From: a virus
Lineage: Duplodnaviria > Caudoviricetes
Direction: 5' to 3' (one strand)
DNA: 59,342 nt
IMG/VR virus record: IMGVR_UViG_3300030419_004548
Coordinates: 1-59,342 of that record
Shown: positions 57,511 through 59,342 of the stretch, piece after piece
Numbering within the stretch: the stretch's first letter is position 1
Layout: every line of letters begins with the position of its first letter
Translations under genes and position numbers: made by a program
Notes under the pieces: generated by a model
What the model saw: only the letters and a program-made list of their open reading frames with translations
Database searches by the model: none
Told to the model about the DNA's origin: nothing

Positions 57511-58116
57511 TTAAAATTCTTTTTTAGGCATATAATAAATTGAAATTTTTTCGTCAAAATAATCATTACTCACAGGTTCAATTCCTGTAACTTTTTGAAA
57601 AGAATAATCTTGAGGGAAAAATGGAAATTTGTTTTTTTCTGTTATATGACCATTCCACCAAGTAACACGAGTTCCTTCTCTTGTTAGTTGTGATAATGAT
57701 GAACTAAAATGTTGTGTATCAGATGTGAATCCTGCATCCCACCATATACCATCATATGTTTCTAACTTATCTAAATTACTATACCAACTACCTTCAACGA
57801 TTGTTACATTATGTTTGTCTTTGGCCCATTCATTTGCTTTTTCAATAATCTGAGGATGTATTTCACAAATAGTGTGAGATGAAATATCGTGTGATTGTAT
57901 GTAATCAGCACTTATACCCATTCCAAAACCAAACTCTAAAATGTCTCCTCCGTTCTCACAAACATATGCGGCTGAAGCAGACATTATAGGGTCTTCCCAT
58001 TTCATCATAACATTAATTAATTTGCCTTCAGTATTTATGTAAGTTATTCTATCATCTTCAAATGATAAAGATGCTGATAAGTAATTTGAAGTTGCTTGAT
58101 TTTTTTTACTTGGCAC
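57511..58116 (-). CDS. RMT2/guanidinoacetate methyltransferase-like SAM-dependent methyltransferase
   Basis: VMMKWEDPIM, GGDILEFGFGMGISADYIQ, HTICEIHP, YDGIWWD. Confidence 0.8.
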   Translation of the reverse strand: MPSKKNQATSNYLSASLSFEDDRITYINTEGKLINVMMKWEDPIMSASAAYVCENGGDILEFGFGMGISADYIQSHDISSHTICEIHPQIIEKANEWAKDKHNVTIVEGSWYSNLDKLETYDGIWWDAGFTSDTQHFSSSLSQLTREGTRVTWWNGHITEKNKFPFFPQDYSFQKVTGIEPVSNDYFDEKISIYYMPKKEF

Positions 58117-58316
58117 GTGTGTACTTACTTGATGCTTTTTTCATTCTTTCGTTTTCTTCTTTTTTAGCTTTTACTAATCTTCTATAATACCACTCTCTCA
58201 TACCTAAGGGCATATTATATAATTCATCAAAACTATGAAAACCTTGGCTGTAATAGCCTAATTGGAATATTTGTTCGTAGACGCTTTCTCTATATTGTGG
58301 CGTTAGGCCAAAAAAA
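58106..58316 (-). CDS. Frameshift extension of the hub/chaperone gene (GT-like / gp51-like segment)
   Basis: Open frame FFGLTPQYRESVYEQIFQLGYYSQGFHSFDELYNMPLGMREWYYRRLVKAKKEENERMKKASSKYTRAK, with no ATG near its 5' end, beginning at a T7 run in the upstream gene. Confidence 0.7.
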
Positions 58317-59027
58317 TCGAACGGTCATTGGGACCGTTACCTCCTGCTCAAAACCATCTGATAATTTAACTTTTGCTGTGAAATCAATGTCAGGATTAAT
58401 TTCAGAAATATAGTCTCTAAAAGCTACAGAGTCTCTTGCCATAAACTTATTATCTACAAAGTCATCTATATCTTTTGTTTCTGATTTTCCATCTACTGAT
58501 TTGATAATCAATTTGTATCGATTTGTTAACTCTCTTGATTGACCTGCTTTTTCATATGCTTTATTCAAGTCTTCAAGTTGTTTTTCCATATGACCATCTA
58601 ATATAGAAAATACTATTTTATTTTTACCAACAGGTGTAGTGTACTTAAACTCATTCTTATGTTTTTCAACAAGATTTTTTTCATCTAACCAAATTTCTTT
58701 TAAAGAAGTTAAATCAACACTTACTTCTTCATCTGCAACCATAATAGGATAATCTTTACCATACCCAAGTATACGTGCTGATACTAATAGAGTATTTTTA
58801 TCACCAATAACAAAATCTTCTAACTTGACTCCTTCTGTAACAATAATACTTTCTAAAAGTTTATCTAATACAATACCTTTTTCGATAAGGTTAGGAGAAG
58901 TAAGAATATCTTCTTCTTTTGCTGTCATATATTTGATTTCAACTTGTCCACTCGATAGTGGATGTTCTTTTGGATACACTAATCCTTTTGAAGGTAAATC
59001 TATTACCTCAGTAGGAAATTTACTCAT
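58290..59027 (-). CDS. Baseplate hub assembly / tail assembly chaperone (T4 gp26-like)
   Basis: PTEVIDLPSKG, KYMTAKEEDIL, GDKNTLL..ARILGYG, P.IDF, C-terminal FFWP. Confidence 0.8.
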   Translation of the reverse strand: MSKFPTEVIDLPSKGLVYPKEHPLSSGQVEIKYMTAKEEDILTSPNLIEKGIVLDKLLESIIVTEGVKLEDFVIGDKNTLLVSARILGYGKDYPIMVADEEVSVDLTSLKEIWLDEKNLVEKHKNEFKYTTPVGKNKIVFSILDGHMEKQLEDLNKAYEKAGQSRELTNRYKLIIKSVDGKSETKDIDDFVDNKFMARDSVAFRDYISEINPDIDFTAKVKLSDGFEQEVTVPMTVRFFWPNATI

Positions 59028-59061
59028 AACAATTACCTCTTAATTAAGTTAAGAATTAAAA

Positions 59062-59274
59062 CTATTTATTTCGACTAAATTTTTCTGCTGCTGTTACGCC
59101 TAAGCCAACTATAGTAATATACATAAAGTTTTCAAGAATCATCTCTTTAATCTCGAACTGCCAAAATGTATTTGCTACCCAACTCGCTACAAGCATAACA
59201 AATGATGCGAAACCTATCGCCCGTTTAGACGATATCTTCGCATCACTTGAAAGCATTTCTCTTATAAAGTTCAT
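59062..59274 (-). CDS. Small two-TM membrane protein (holin-like)
   Basis: SSKRAIG..TM1..TM2 GLGVTAAEKF; start at MNFIRE just after the tail tube stop. Confidence 0.65.
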   Translation of the reverse strand: MNFIREMLSSDAKISSKRAIGFASFVMLVASWVANTFWQFEIKEMILENFMYITIVGLGVTAAEKFSRNK

Positions 59275-59275
59275 A

Positions 59276-59341
59276 TTAGAATTGTAATACTGCGTAGTCA
59301 TAACGTAATGTACAAGTTATGTCTACAGGTTCACTAACTGA
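59276..59341 (-). CDS. Tail tube protein (gp19-like), 3' end only
   Basis: Hand-translated SVSEPVDITCTLRYDYAVLQF-stop; typical tube-protein C-terminus; truncated by the window edge. Confidence 0.7.
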   Translation of the reverse strand, partial: SVSEPVDITCTLRYDYAVLQF

Positions 59342-59342
59342 C

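Noticed and set aside
1551-59043. All plus-strand ORFs in the track (60-162 aa)
   Set aside because: They lie antisense to well-supported minus-strand genes, have Ser/Leu/Phe-rich shadow composition and show no recognisable motifs
59275-59301. Track start MTTQYY for the last ORF
   Set aside because: It overlaps the tail tube 3' end in another frame; ATG at 59274 follows the tube stop directly
1-59342. Alternative genetic code (stop-codon reassignment)
   Set aside because: Long conserved genes are intact under code 11, and TAA, TAG and TGA all end genes at coupled junctions
1-59342. tRNA, rRNA or CRISPR arrays
   Set aside because: No cloverleaf signatures or repeat-spacer periodicity seen; after adding micro-ORFs almost no non-coding space remains

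Overview
A 59 kb, AT-rich segment of a large T4-like tailed dsDNA phage (myovirus-type). All credible genes are on the minus strand, tightly packed and often translationally coupled. Read in transcription order (right to left), it contains five blocks. (1) A tail/baseplate module: tail tube end, hub/chaperone with a probable programmed frameshift, tape measure, baseplate proteins. (2) A replication/recombination module: a compact family-A polymerase-like gene, gp32-like SSB, RecA/UvsX, 5'-3' exonuclease, helicase, class II B12-dependent ribonucleotide reductase, dUTPase, family-B polymerase, clamp and clamp loader. (3) Accessory enzymes: ClpP-like protease, 2OG-Fe(II) oxygenase, Nmad1/DUF1599, PD-(D/E)xK nuclease, FkbM methyltransferase, SLOG protein. 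(4) An ~18 kb nucleotide-sugar/glycosyltransferase island. (5) A run of tiny ORFs ending in an HTH-HNH gene. The most striking element is an intact phage-encoded TonB-dependent outer-membrane receptor directly downstream of nrdJ, with a perfectly paired H-type pseudoknot in its leader and a 12-mer shared with the nrdJ leader. Other signals are apparent avoidance of GATC and ACWGT, a recurrent TATTTATATA upstream motif, and a probably leaderless second polymerase. All product calls rest on motif recognition by eye, with no database searches. The host (a Gram-negative FCB-like organism, possibly Marinisomatota) is inferred only.
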